A stretch of 64,000 nucleotides of DNA from Azolla caroliniana (lineage: Eukaryota > Plantae > Polypodiophyta). Below the pieces are notes generated by a model. That model had not been told where the DNA came from, ran no database searches, and was given only the letters and a program-made list of their open reading frames with translations. The position numbers and the translations under genes were made by a program. This document shows, in pieces, positions 1 to 13,076 of this stretch (positions within the stretch are counted from its first letter, which is position 1; each line of letters starts with the position of its first letter). The stretch covers positions 20,646,001 through 20,710,000 of the forward strand of contig JBHGNT010000001.1 in assembly GCA_043228905.1 (NCBI GenBank), in the 5' to 3' direction.

Positions 1-822
1 TGTGATAGGAGGCACCCGAATCGAGAAGCTAGCTCGTACATAACTTCTTTGGTTGTGTACAAAACTTCCAACTTGACCATATTTTCGATCACAAGGATGT
101 TCTGGTCATCTAAAAGAATTCGGATGTAGAGTCGACAATGGAAGCTGCAACAACGAAATTTACTTCCTCCTGTCGGCTGCCCCTTTGCTCGCCTTTTTGA
201 GCCTTCTCATTCTTGGCCTTGAGGGCACAACATTAGGTTTTGATGTATCCAAGCTTCATGCAATAATTGCATGTTTGAGTGTCCTTGGACTAGCTTCGGC
301 CTCTTGCATTGTGTGGCATTTGGGAAGAACTTCTTCCCTGACTATTTGGTTGGTCAACCAAACTCTATATTACGAAGGCGTCACTTACTGACTTGTGCAC
401 AAATGTTTTCCGCCGAGTGTCTTTGGACAAGGTGGAGCTCGTAATCTCGAAGTACTTTACGACCGTAGCCGATGTGTTACACATGGTCGTAACGAAAGTT
501 TCCCATGAAGGGGGAAGACTGCTCATCAACAAGAGAGCTTTTATCTCATCGTCAATAGTCATTCCTTGGGCCAAAATCTAAGAATTTATACTTTTGTGGT
601 CGTTTAGGTGAGCCTGGACCGAATCGGATTCTTTCATCCGAAGATTATAAAGGCACCGAATCAAATAGATCTTCATTGCGGCCACCGTTGTCTCATATGT
701 ATCCGACAACGTTTTCCAGAGTTGATAGGTTGTCAGACATGATTGCACTGTATAATAAACCGATTTGGATAAGTGCATCTGAATGGTGGCACTAGCTATA
801 CGGTCCAACATCAGCCGCTCAT
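1..822 (-). mobile_element. Ty1/Copia gag-protease fragment (same family as the 876-6096 element), runs off window start
   Basis: ORFs 578-838 and 365-574 parallel the gag at 4295-5308 (ATIQMHLSKSVY, YLIRCLYNLRMKE, LLMSSLPPSWETF). Decayed CCHC knuckle at ~230-270 and protease motif S*LLDSGASYH at ~3-35. Confidence 0.9.
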
Positions 823-875
823 TCAGCTGTGAGCACAACCGTTAGTGCGGAACAAAAACATCACTATGTGATGAA

Positions 876-1180
876 TGTTGGGGACAAGGACGTCAATGCG
901 GAAGTGCAAGCAACATTCGTGATGAAGAGGAACTTGTGTGTCTGCATGAGCAAGATAGACACAAGAGAGATAGAGAGAGAGATAGGCACAAAGAAATGTT
1001 ATTTTTCTCAAGCAACAGTTTACAAATTACAACCAACAACCTTTTCTAAAGGTTACAAAGTCACTTTATATAGTGACTGTCCTAGGGCAATTGCCCTTTA
1101 TGCTATTTATAGAAATAGCCCAAACTTGGGTTGTCCAAAGGGACAGTGTGGATACGACCATTATACACTCGTATTCGACA
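876..1180 (-). repeat. 3' LTR of Copia A (TG...CA, 305 bp)
   Basis: Begins tgttggggacaagg and ends gtattcgaca. First 45 bp recur at 6052-6096. Abuts the polypurine tract. Confidence 0.9.
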
Positions 1181-1195
1181 CTCCCCCGTAATGGG
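1181..1195 (-). promoter_or_regulatory. Polypurine tract of Copia A
   Basis: Reverse complement cccattacgggggag directly before the LTR TG. Confidence 0.8.
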
Positions 1196-1375
1196 CGTAT
1201 ACATGGGTTATCTAAAAAATTACAGGTATATATAAGGTTTATTGGACAGATTGGTTTTGTTAGAGTCGGCAAGATCCGAAGACAGAAGACCAAACCGGTC
1301 GGGTCGGAAGAGCTGAAGCCGATCCTCAAAGAACCGATGTCGGTGGTCCGAAACCATCCTGTGCTGTGTCCGACT

Positions 1376-4300
1376 TTAACCGGACCGATTTTTCGTTACG
1401 CCCATCTGTTGCTGAAGGGACCGGAAGCGATCCGCCGAAAGACACTTGGTCATTCCATCTACGACATTATCAGTTGTGGATATTTTCTCGAGACCGATTT
1501 TCCCTGAAATGACGTAGTCCCGAACGAAGTGATATCGAACGTCGATATGCTTGGAGGCATTGTGGTGAACCGGATTCTTTGACAAAGCAACAACACTCTA
1601 ACTGTCGCTGTAGACAACTGGAGCCGAGTCAGAGTCGACTTGTCGAAACGTGTGTGCCAGCTGACCGAGCCATAAAGCTTCTTTTGCCGCGTCGGACACA
1701 GCTACATATTCCGCTTTGGTCGTTGAGGTGGCTGTGCACTCCTGAAGTTTTGACTTGCACGCGATTGCTCCATTGCCGAATTTGAAGCAGTATCCGGTTG
1801 TTGATTTCCAACTGTCCGTACAGTCGGCGAAGTCCGAGTCGGTGTAACCGACTACACCTGAGGTTGAGTTCGGGCCGAAAAGAATGTCGTGGTCTTTTGT
1901 GCTAGCTAGATATCTGAACACATGCTTGACTGCGTTCCAGTGCGATCGGCCGGGGTTGTGCATGAATCTATTGACGACTCCTACAACGTGAGAAATATTA
2001 GGCCGTGTTGCGACCATCACGTACATGAGGGAGCCGACTGCCGATGCATACGGTACCGACTTCATATCTTCCCCCTCTGGACCGGATGTCAGACAGTCTC
2101 GCTGAGATAGCCGAAGGTTAGTGGGGAGTGGGGTCGAAGCAGACTTGGCCGATAGCATGTTGAAGCGTTCCAAGACCTGTCCGATGTAGTTGGTTTGAGA
2201 CAAGAAATGTTGTCGTATATTGTGATGCCGACTAATCTTCATACTGAGTATGTGTCTTGCCGGACTGAGGTCCTTCATGGAAAACTTCAACCGCAGTTTC
2301 CGAATGAGTTCGGTGAGCTCTCCGATATGTCAACCGGAGAGTAGCATGTCGTCCACGTAGATGATGAGGAAGATGGGAGACCCATCTTGAGTTGTTTTGG
2401 TGAAGAGACATTGGTCCTCATCGCTCTTTGAGAAGCCGACCGATTGGATGAAGTCGTCGAACTTCTTGTATCACTGTCGGGGTGCCTGTTTTAGGCCATA
2501 GAGACTCTTCTTGAGTCGGCAAACTAGATGTTCCTGGCCGGATGCCATAAAGCCTTTTGGCTGCTCCATATAGATTTCCTCTTGTAGGTCACCGTGGAGG
2601 AATGCCGTTTTTAGATCTAGCTGAATCAGCTCCAAGTTGTCGGCGGCCACGACGCCGAGCATGAAACGAAGGGTCGTCATTTTCACCACTGGTGAAAAGA
2701 TTTCGTCGAAGTCGACGCCATATACTTGTCTAAATCCCTTTGCAACTAATCTGACCTTGTCCTTTGGGTTGGTCGAGTCGGACGTCTCGTTTAGTCGATA
2801 GACCCACTTACATGGAAGAGCACGCCAATTCTCCGGTAATTCGACTAAGTCCCAAGTCTTGTTTGCGTGAATGGAGTGAATTTCCGACTCCATCGCCAGA
2901 TGCCATGTGGCGGAATCGGCAGATGCCGATGCTTCTTCGTAAGATGTCGGTTCACCGGCGTCGGTGAACAGAATTCCGAGAGAGTACCTCTCCGGAGTTT
3001 GCGATAGTATCTCGGATCTGTGAGGTATAACTAAACCGGTCACACCGGGTGTCGATGTCAGATGATCGGGAGCCGAGCCATTTGGCTGTGCCGAATCGGT
3101 GGATTCGATGAAAGAGTTGTCGGTTACCCATGAAACCGATCTCGTGTTGTGGGTTGGGCCATCATGAAGGGTTGGCACTTCGGAAAATATTACCCTTCGG
3201 ACTTCAATAGGCCTTTTGGCCGTTTTATGCATAGCCGACTCATTGAACACGACGTCCGAACTTTGGACGATTTGTCTATGCTCGAGGTCCCAGAGTCGGT
3301 ATCCGATCTCGCCGTCGGGTCCATACCCAAGGAAAACGCATTTCCTTGATCTTGGTTCAAGTTTCCGGTGATCGTCTTTCGGTATGAGGGCGTATGCCTC
3401 ACAACCGAAGATCCTCAACTTGTCATAATTCGGCTTATTGCCGGTCCATATTTCCTAAGGTATTTGAAGTCCTAGAGGTCTACTTGGCGACATATTTATG
3501 ATGTGTACTGCCGTAAGTAGAGCCTCCGCCCAGAAGCCATCCAATAGTCTGGAGTGTTGGAGCATGGATACTACGCGTTCTTGAATTGTCCGATTCATGC
3601 GTTCTGCAATTCCGTTTTGCTCCGAACTATAAGGTGCTGTATATTCACGTCGAATGTCGCGTTCCCAGAAAAATTTGACGAATTCGTCAGACTTGAATTC
3701 TCCTCCATTATCGGTTCGGAGACATTTTAGTTTTTGACCGGTTTGGTTTTCGACCATTGCAAGCCATTCGGAGAAGATCGAGAACACCCGATCTTTGGTT
3801 ATGATGGGGTAAGCCCACACCTTCCGAGTCGAGTCGTCAATAAAACTGACAAAGTACGAAGCACCGCCGAGAGACTGATGTGGCATCGGGCCACCGACGT
3901 CCGAGTGCACCAAATCGAGGGGACTCGATTCTCTTGGTGCTGATGTCGGGTGTGATGCGGCTACCTGTTTGCCGTACTAGCAATGCTCGTAGAATTGGTG
4001 ATCTGAGAAGGAGAGTTTGGGGATGTAACCGGCATTGGATAGGTGCGTTATGCCGGCCTTGCTAAGGTGTCCAAGTCGTCCATGCCATAACGATGACACG
4101 GGGATATCAACCAGAAATAAGTCACCCTCTTTGAGTGTGACATATAAAGGATACAAGGAATGTACCTTTGGTCCTCGAGCAAGTAGGAGGTTCCCTTTGT
4201 GGAGTGTCCACCCTCCTGATGAGAATCCGGCACGGATGTTGGCTTCGTCAAGCTGTCCGACTGAGATCAGGGGTCTTGAGAGCTCAAGAACGTGTCAGAC

Positions 4301-5386
4301 GTTGTGTAGTATGAGTGTAGAGCCACCCGGAAGGTTGAGCTCTACTATGCTGATTCCGATTATAGCACAATGCTGGGAGTTTCCGACTTGAATTGAGTCG
4401 GAGTGCCGGTCTGAGTATTGCCGAAACTGAGATCGGTGAGGTGTCACATGATACGATGCGCCCGAGTCCAAGAGCCATGTGCTCGATCCCTCAGTCGTAA
4501 GCAGAACTTCTGATTCGACTGGGTTCTCTATGGACAATATGTTCGGGTCGGTCGTCAAAATTTCGGCTGAAGAGCCGACGTAGTTGACCTCCTCATGCCA
4601 ACTACTCTTCTGATCCGCTCTCTGAGCTTTGTCGGTTTTTGCTTTGAGTGCCCGACAGTTGGCTTTGATGTGTCCCAGTTTCTTGCAGTAGTTGCAGATT
4701 CGGTTGTTTCGGTACTTGCTCCGGCTTCGCTGATTGTTCGGCGGTCGGGAAGAGCTTCTTCCCCGGTTGTTCGATCGGTCGGTCAAACCTTGTACTACGT
4801 AAGCTTCATATGCTGAGTCTTTGGCGAAAGACTTTCTCCGAGTTGCTTCAGTCAGAATTACGCTCGTGACTTCGGAGTACTTGACAGCAGTTGTTGAAGC
4901 ATTGAAAGTTTCCCATGAAGAGGGGAGACTACTCATGAGTATCATTGCTCTGAGTTCATCCTTGATTGCCGTCCCCTGAGACGAGATTTGGGAGCTTATG
5001 CTTTTATACTCGTTGAGGTGTGCCTGAACCAAATTGGATTCTTTCATCCGCAAGTTGTAGAGGCGCCGGATCAGATACATCTTCGTTGCGGCGACCTTCT
5101 TTTCATAAGTTTTCGATAGTGTTTTCCAAAGTTCAAACGTTGTCATGCATGATTGCACTGTAAAGTACACTGACTCCGACAAGTGCATCCGAATCGTGGC
5201 GCGGACGATTCTGTTCAGCTTTAGCCACTCATTTGCCTTGTATGCTTCTAGAGGATTTTCATTCTCAATCAGATCTATCTGACCCTTGACTATGAGATAG
5301 TCCTGCATTTGTTCCTTCTAGAAGTAGAAGTTAGAACCGTTGAACCTCCTTAGACTCATCTCCGATGAGCCAGATGTCGATGCCAT
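1376..5386 (-). pseudogene. Copia gag-pol polyprotein, disrupted
   Basis: ORF pieces 4295-5308, 3455-3913, 2471-3418, 1598-2290 and 1376-1585 carry consecutive Copia domains. Likely ATG at 5386 (MASTSGSSEM). Confidence 0.9.
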
Positions 5387-6037
5387 CTGCTTCGGTTTCG
5401 GTTGGTAAGACTCGGTTCGGAGTTCACTACGAACCTTAGTGGGGTGCAGCCAGTCGACTCACCCGATATCACTCTAGTCGGTTTAGTTTCAGATACTTGT
5501 TGCTGAACTTGCTCGGAGTAACTCCGGTAACTTGAGGGACAGAACCGGCTGGTCTTCCCGAATGTTGCCGAATTGGAGTGAGCCCGTTTAGCTTCCGATT
5601 GTATGTCGAGTACCGATTACGAGAAACCGATTATGTAGGCCGATTCTGCTTCGGATGATTGCAACGATGAGAGGGACGGATCCAACTGATCCTCCCGAAT
5701 GTCGATCAGTCAAGTGAAGCACGAAGTGGTTGTTTCCAGGAGACCAATCTGTAGCAGGTGGTTACAACAAGCGGGTGAATAGCATCCGGTGACCTATTTG
5801 AATGCTGTTTAACCGAATGAAGCATGATTGGGTCGGGTGTTGCACAGGGAGCTCCCCTCAAGCGGTTACAATCACAGGAATAGAGTACAACCGGCTAGCT
5901 TACTCCAGTTTGTGATTTAACACCGTGAGATGCGAGCTTTTTGTTTGTCTTCTCTCTTCTCTATTCTTCAAGAAGTTATAAAAACAGAATGTTGTGGTGT
6001 ACGATGACGTCCGGCAGCGGGTTGAAGAACCTCCAAC

Positions 6038-6049
6038 GCTCTGATACCA
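6038..6049 (-). promoter_or_regulatory. Primer-binding site, tRNA-iMet type (TGGTATCAGAGC)
   Basis: gctctgatacca lies 2 nt from the 5' LTR remnant at 6052-6096. Confidence 0.92.
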
Positions 6050-6868
6050 AATGTTGGGGACAAGGCCGTTAAAGCGGAAGTGCAAGCAACATTCGTCATT
6101 TAATTTATGAGAATAGTCATATTTGAACTTTGGTTTCTGACGTAGTGGAACTTGGGGAATAGTGTCATCATCTAAGGTCGACTTGAATGTCATCAAATTC
6201 CTGATAATCCTGAGTTCGAGTTCGAACTCCAAATAGATGGAGTACTCTGAGCATGAACGCAGACGAAGCTCCCACGACAGCACAAAAACTTTGAGATCAA
6301 CATTGCACCTTCAGAGCTACAACACATGACCAAGTCGATCCTCATCCAGGTATGTATTGGTTACATATTAAAATTTTATTTTATTTTCCTTTCTAATAAC
6401 TGTCTGTAACTTTGGTGCTTGTTCATCTTTCTCAAATATCGAATAGGGCGAAGTCATTGGAGTCCCAAACAAGGATGTCTCAAAGATCGGGGTGTAGCAA
6501 CATGTGTGTTTCTAATTGACAGAATATCGTATTACGGTTTATTTTTTCTTTTAGTGATGATTAGGGTTTGTGTTTCCCTTAAGTGGTTTAGGGTTTCTGA
6601 TTACAAGTTTCTAGTTACAATTTTCTAATTACAAATTGTTGATTACCAATTTTTTATTATTGTTGCAATGTGTTGTAATTTTGCACCAATTCTCATGACA
6701 AATTCTGATTAGGGTTTCTAATTTTTTAAATGGTTGATTTCTAATACATGTTGAAAATGACAGATTACAAATTTCAGATTACTATCTCAAAGTGTTGTAA
6801 ATTTTGCACCAAATTCACATTATAAATTTTATTTTGCACCAATTTTGATTACTGATTTTCTATTTCAG

Positions 6869-8223
6869 GTGGCTTGTTCCTCCCTATCCTAGAGTGCTGA
6901 ACTTTGCAAAAATTTTGCGAGACAAAGGAGGACTTTCACAACATATATGGTCTGTCGCTCGAGGGTATTGACCCTGCTGTTCTAACAGATAGATTGATAA
7001 GTGATGTAGACTAGATGTCAGTATATAAAGTGCCTAGAGTGAAATGCAAGTTCAAGCTCAAGCATGTACAACCGGACCTGTACGACGACTGCATGAGATT
7101 GCACCAAAAAGTACATCAAGAGATCCCGATCAACAACGAGTTGTCCGTTTCATTTGCCAGAGCTTTTGCATACAAGTATTGCAAAACAACGAAGGAATCT
7201 CGTGACCCTGAAATGTACAGGGTAGCTTGGGCAACTTATGGTGAGGCATCGGTAGAAAGATGGGGAGCTTGCAACAAAAAATGGCAAGATTTTGGAGCAT
7301 GGCAGTTGATGATGCAACTGCCCACTCCCAACAAACCCGCAAGTATACGCCAGACCGACACACAATGAAAGCCAATGTCGATGATACAGGTGAGACATTG
7401 ATTAGCTATATGCTAAAAACTGTCCATGAAGCCTATGAGACATTGGAGTTTTTTAAGACTGATTTAGCGAAAGCAACATTGGCTGCTTTGATGGAGAGCA
7501 AAGTCACTTTGGCAGTTACAACAATCAGAAATAAGATTCAGGTACCTATTTTTTTGCTAGTATGTAATATGTTATAAATAACTTGTACATGAAAATATGC
7601 TATTGAGGCATTATTTGGAACAAGTTGCTCAACATGAGCTTGAAATTGAGGGGTCACTGGATCCCTAGCGGAAAATTCAACTGCAGACAAAGATCCAAGT
7701 TCTTTCAATGAACTTGGACCTTCTAGGTGTAAATATTGTCGCTGATTACATTTTGAACAAGCTACAAGTAAATTAATGATTCTTGTTTCTTGTTGTTGTA
7801 TCTTCCTCATTAAGGACTAATTAATCGGTAAATTTCTCGGCTGCGTTGAAGGAACAATACTCCCGTGAAGAACAGGTAGTTAGTTGCCTTAAGAAGTAGC
7901 TACATTTTGCGGAGGGGATGGTAAGGAGTGGACAAGAATTGGACTTGAACATTCTTGCTCCCTTACCAAATGAAGGAGAACCAGGAAACGATATATTGAC
8001 TGTTCAAGCATGTTGCATCGCTTGTGGATTATGTGTAGAGGACAAATCTACTACTCTGTTTGTTCACCTACAACCATGCCAACACACATACCATATCCTT
8101 TGTTTTCAATATGCCTGTCGCATTGCTACATTTTGTTTGGGGGATTGTAGTAAAACTCTCCTAGATCAGTGGAGAAAACCAATAGGTCAAATTGCTGCTT
8201 GTGACCATAGTGTAGCTAATTAG
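6869..8223 (+). pseudogene. Decayed spliced cargo gene, unknown N-terminal domain plus RING-like zinc finger
   Basis: Acceptor tttctatttcag at 6868, coding-like frame through 7015-7368, donor-like cag|gtacct at ~7541. ORF 7918-8223 contains CIAC-x-LQPCQHTYHILC-x-C-x3-C, a RING-like ligand spacing. Confidence 0.5.
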
Positions 8224-9955
8224 TTACATCTTTACTAATTAGGTAAGCCGTATAAAGTGTGGAAACTATTTAGCTCTTATGGTTGTAGTGTACTAGCTAA
8301 TTAGCTAAGTGGTAGCTAATTAGCTACTACCATACTTTAGCTGAGTAGCTAATTAGTTAAGTGGTAGCCAATCAACTACTACCATAGTTTAGTACAATAG
8401 CTAATTAGCTAAGTGGTAGCTAATTAGCTACTACCATACTTTAGTTGAGTAACTAAATAGCAAAGTGGTAGCTAATTAGCTACTACCATAGTTTAATAAA
8501 GTAGCTATTTAGCTACTACCACAGTTTAATACAGTAGCTAATTAGCTACTACTACAGTTTAGTTGAGTAACTAATTAGCTAAGTGGTAGCTAATAAGCTA
8601 CTACCATAGTTTAGTATAGTAGCTAATTAGCTAAGTAGTAGATAATTAGCTACTACCATACTTCAATAGAGTAACTAATTAGCTAAGTGGGAGCTAATTA
8701 ACTACTACCATAGTTTGGTACAGTAGCTAATTAGCGGTAGTTAATTATCTACTACCATAGTTTAGTCTAGTCCCAAATTAGCTACTGCCATACTTTAGCT
8801 GAGTCGCTAATTAGCTAAGTGGTGGGTAATTAGCTACTACCATAGTTTAATATAGTAGCTACTTAGCTAAATGGTAGCTAATTAGCTATTACCATAGTTT
8901 AGTACAATAGCTAATTAGCTACTACCATAGTTTAGTACCTAATTAGCTAAGTGGTAGCTAATTAGCTACTACCATAGTTTAGTACCTAATTAGCTAAGTG
9001 GTAGCTAATTAGCTACTACTATACTTTAGCTGAGTAGCTAATTAGCTAAGTGGTGGGTAATTAGCTACTACCATAGTTTAATACAGTAGCTAATTAGCTA
9101 TTACCATAGTTTAGTATAGTAGCTAATTAACTAAGTGGTAGCTAATTAACTACTACCATAGTTTAGTACAATAACTAATTAGCTAAGTCGTAGCTAATTA
9201 GCTACTACCATACTTTAGCTGAGTAGCTAATTAGGTGAATGGTAGATAATTCGCTACTACCATAGTTGAATACAATAGCTAATTAGCTAAGTGGTAGCTA
9301 ATTAGTTACTACTATTCTTTAGCTAAGTACCTAATTAGCTAAGTGGTAGATAATTAGCTACTACCATTCTTTAGTTATAGTGGATAATTAGCTAGTACCA
9401 TACTTTAGTATAGTAGCTAATTAGCTAAATGGTAGCAAATTAGCTACTACCATACTTTAGCTGAGTAGCTAATTAGCTAAGTGGTAGCTAATTAGCTACT
9501 ACCATAGTTTAGTGTAGTAGCTAATTAGTTACTACCATACTTTAGTTATAGTGGCTAATTAGCTAGTATCATACTTTAGCTGAGTGGCTAATTAGGTAAA
9601 TGGTAGATAATTAGCTACTACTATAGTTGAATACAATAGCTAATTAGCTAAGTGGTAGCTAATTAGCTACTACCATACTTTAGGTGAGTAAGTAATTAGC
9701 TACTACCATACTTTGGTTATAGTGGCTAATTAGCTAGTACCATACTTTAGTATAGTAGCTAATTAACTAAATGGTAGCTAATTATCTACTACCATACTTT
9801 AGCTGAGTAGCTAATTAGCTAAGTGGTAGCTAATTAGCTACTACTATAGTTTAGTACAGTGGCTAATTAGCTAAGTCGTAGCTAATTAGCTACTACCATA
9901 CTTTAGTTATAGTGGCTAATTAGCTTGTACAATACTTTAGTACAATAGCTAATAA
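8207..9955. repeat. Satellite array 1 built on the palindrome TAGCTAATTAGCTA
   Basis: Dozens of copies of tagctaattagcta alternating with spacers agtgg (5 nt) and ctaccata(g/c)tttag... (~20 nt), giving a ~53-bp composite unit. Confidence 0.97.
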
Positions 9956-10329
9956 TATAAGCATAGAATGAACCATATGTATCATACGTGCATTCACATT
10001 CGAGAATGATGCAATCAAACGTGTATGGTAAATAATCTCAAAGTTGGATTGGATTGATTAGGGTCTATATTATATATTGATTCACTCTCAATCTTAATAA
10101 GTGGACTCTAATCCATTGTGAACCACCAACGTAAGTATGGTTGCAATATTTGCATTGTATCACATGCATACTTTTGGGATGCAAATCAAGACATTTCTAT
10201 CATCCTCACTTTAGAACTTTACAAAAAAATGAGTATGAACTATAGAGATTGAATCAAAATATGTCATTATAAATTATAATCAAACGTTCAAAAACCCATA
10301 AAACGTATATTCGAGAATATGAAGAAAAC

Positions 10330-10825
10330 ATGACATAGGCAATATTAGCATAACAACTTACCACTAGGGTGACCTAATTTCTAATAACAAAGAAAGAAAG
10401 AAAAAGGAACATGACACTAAAATAAAATAGGCAGTAGTAGCATAACAACTTACCACTCGGGTGAGCTAATTTCTAATAACAAAGAAAGAAAGAAAAAGGA
10501 GAAAAAGGAACATGACACTAACATAAAATTTTGCCATGACACTAACAAGAGGATATGAGAAAGTTGGGAATTGAACCCAAGACACAAGTAATAGTAGCAC
10601 AACAACTTACCACTAGGTTATGCTTAGTTGTAATAATAAAAAAGTAAAAGAAAAAAGCTATTATAACTCTAATATAAAATTTTGCTATTACATGGTACTA
10701 ATGAGAGAGAGAAAGAGATGAGAAAATTGGGAATCGAACCCAAAACATAAACAACAATAGCATGACTCCTTACCACTAGGGTGAGTAAATTGTAATGATA
10801 ATAAATGAAAAGAAAGAGAAAAAAC
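10330..10825 (-). repeat. Tandem array of four tRNA-derived (SINE-head-like) units
   Basis: A-box-like AGTGGTAAG on the minus strand at ~10360, 10450, 10608 and 10770. B-box GGGTTC(A/G)ATTCCC at ~10566-10578 and ~10729-10741. Units are separated by A-rich tracts. Confidence 0.65.
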
Positions 10826-10919
10826 GAGTACGTATTTTTCCCATTTCAAACGTGTTCGTTTCCAAACGTTTCCAAATGTTGGAATGCTTGCACGAACACG
10901 AATATTACGTTCTATGAAT

Positions 10920-11315
10920 ATAAGTGGTAGCTAATTAGCTGCTAGCACACTTTAGCTACTACCATAGTTTAATACAATAGCTAATTAGCTAAATGGTAGC
11001 TAATTAGCTACTACCATACTTTAGCTGAGTAGCTAATTAGCTAAGTGGTAGCTAATTAGCTACTACTATAGTTTAGTATAGTAGCTAATTAGCGAGTACC
11101 ATACTTTAGTGGAATAGCTAATTAGCTATTATCATACTTTAATAGAGTAGCTAATTAGTTGCTACCATATTGACAAAGAGTAGGTAATTAGCTAAGTGGT
11201 AACTAATTAGGTAGTACCATACCTAAGCGAAGTAGCTAATTAGCTCAGTGGTAGCTAATTACACGCAGTCATAGTCTAGAAGAATAGCTAGTTAGCTAAG
11301 ATGGAGCTAATTAGC
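10920..11315. repeat. Satellite array 2 (TAGCTAATTAGCTA family)
   Basis: Same unit and orientation as 8207-9955. Confidence 0.95.
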
Positions 11316-12413
11316 GACCATGTTGTTGTAGAATTTTGTGGATTAAGGAGGGCGCATGAGGTGTCTGGTGCTGTTGACGTGGGAACCGATGAGGAGATAG
11401 CTGCCAACGTGGCTGAAAGTAAGAGTCCTACTATCACATCTCCTTCAGATAAGCTCCACCCTATTCTTTTGGAAGATGGTACTGAATTAGGCAACGATGT
11501 GAAAAGCCATGAAATATTGGAAACAACATGTAAATATGAGGTTCACAACAATAGTGTTTTTGAACACTTGATGCAACATTTCTTTGAATCCCAAAAGCTT
11601 GATTCCACCCCATTGAGCCCAACTACTAATAATGTCCAAACAGATCCCACTGTATTGGAAAAGCTAGTGCAAGACGCGGCTAACGTGCAAGCCGCTGCTG
11701 AGGTGATGGAAAGGTTGTCGAAGGAGGACACACTTGTACAATGGGTCAAAGAAGCAAGGCTAAATGGGCAACCGGCTAGAAAAAGGCTGAAGAAGGGGCC
11801 ATGATCGGGTACAAGACTAGTTACTCGGTCAAGGGTCTCTTGAATTGGAGCAAAATACTTATTAGTGGGATATGATTGTTAGCGATTTTCCAGGGTTTTA
11901 TGAAGTTTTAATATGATCTATTTGGACAAGTAAAACCTCAGATTGGTTGTTGCTTGATCCACATTATGTAATGGAACACTATGATGTTTCTCCAAGATAA
12001 TTATGTTCATGTTGTTCTATGATGGAAAATATTTCATGTTCATTATGTTGTTTTGTGAGACTGTTAATTACTTTGTGAGTGTGAATATGTTGGTGTTTTC
12101 TGATGTTGTAGAGTCTAAAGGGTTTAAATCTATTGCTCCTAAGGTCGATGGTAGTGTGGAAACTGTTGATGTTGCTGCGTGTTTAGAGGGCCACATCTTG
12201 AAAGTAGATGTAGCAACTGACACAAATGATCTGGTCACGCAAGTTGATCAAGCATGTTGCACAGATGATTTGATTTTGCAAGTAGATGCAACATGTGATA
12301 CCAGTGGACTGATATCGACCAGATCAGTATCTACATGCATCGAGCTAATGACTAAGTTGACAATACAAGAGCACCAAAATGTGAAGCTAGGCCCAACATA
12401 GTCGACTAGGGGT

Positions 12414-13076
12414 TTGAAGAGGAAAAGGACACCAATTGTGTCGACAGAACCTAAGTTGATTGAAATTGATCGTGTGCTACCAGTAATTGGTGTAATAGAG
12501 GCTCAGTTAGAGGAATGGAAACCTAAACCATTAGAAGTCGAAAGAAGAGCCTTGATCTTGGAGCTTGATAAAGTTCCGATGAGTGTGCGATATATGACAC
12601 CAAGGAGGGACGCAAATCAATTTATGGAGTGGGCTGTGCAATACTTTGATTTGTTTATTTGGAGTGAAAAACCACGTACAGATGTGTGGAAGTGTGTAGA
12701 AAGATTCTTCCCGAAGTGGCGACAACATTTCAAGGGTCAGTGGACATGAGAGAATTGTGAGTAGAAGGATGTTGCAAGATTCAAAAGACTTTTTTATTTT
12801 TGGGCCACTTGGCCAGATTATAATGCCAACAATACGTTGATTTTGGATACAGAACATTTCCGACATTACTTCAACATTCGCAAATGTTGTCTCATTCTAC
12901 CCGATGAAATGTCTAAACACTACTTGGTGAAAACATTGAGCTGCCAACTAACTGCATGGTTGTGGACTCCATACTGAGCTCGGTATGCAGATCATATATG
13001 TAGAGAAGTTCCACTGACTAGCAAGAGCTTAGCTGTTTATAGGCGATTTGAAGACATTGGCAATGGGATGTTATAA
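12414..13076 (+). pseudogene. FCP1/NIF (HAD-like phosphatase fold) domain, decayed and probably catalytically dead
   Basis: RALILELDKV...PRRDANQFMEWAVQYFDLFIWS...; past the stops the frame continues FKRLFYFWATWPDYNANNTLILDTEHFRHYFN...CLILP. This parallels the NIF pattern LVLDLD / RP..FL...F.V.VWS / K.L..W...NTLLIDD. Confidence 0.55.

Larger units (their letters stand above)
876..6096 (-). mobile_element. Ty1/Copia LTR retrotransposon A, near full length, degenerate, 5' LTR truncated
   Basis: Minus-strand domain order gag(UBN2, CNYCKKLGH)-PR(WLLDSGASYH)-GAG-pre-IN-IN(VHSDVGGP, RTDNGGEF, NGIAERMNRT)-RT(LDLKTAFLHGDL, YVDDML)-RNaseH(GYTDSDFA, KHIDVRYHF). Many stops and frameshifts. PBS and PPT present. 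Confidence 0.95.

Noticed and set aside
8207-9955. CRISPR-like array (palindromic repeat with spacers)
   Set aside because: The spacers are themselves repeated and only 5-20 nt, there are no cas genes, and the context is eukaryotic; this is a satellite.
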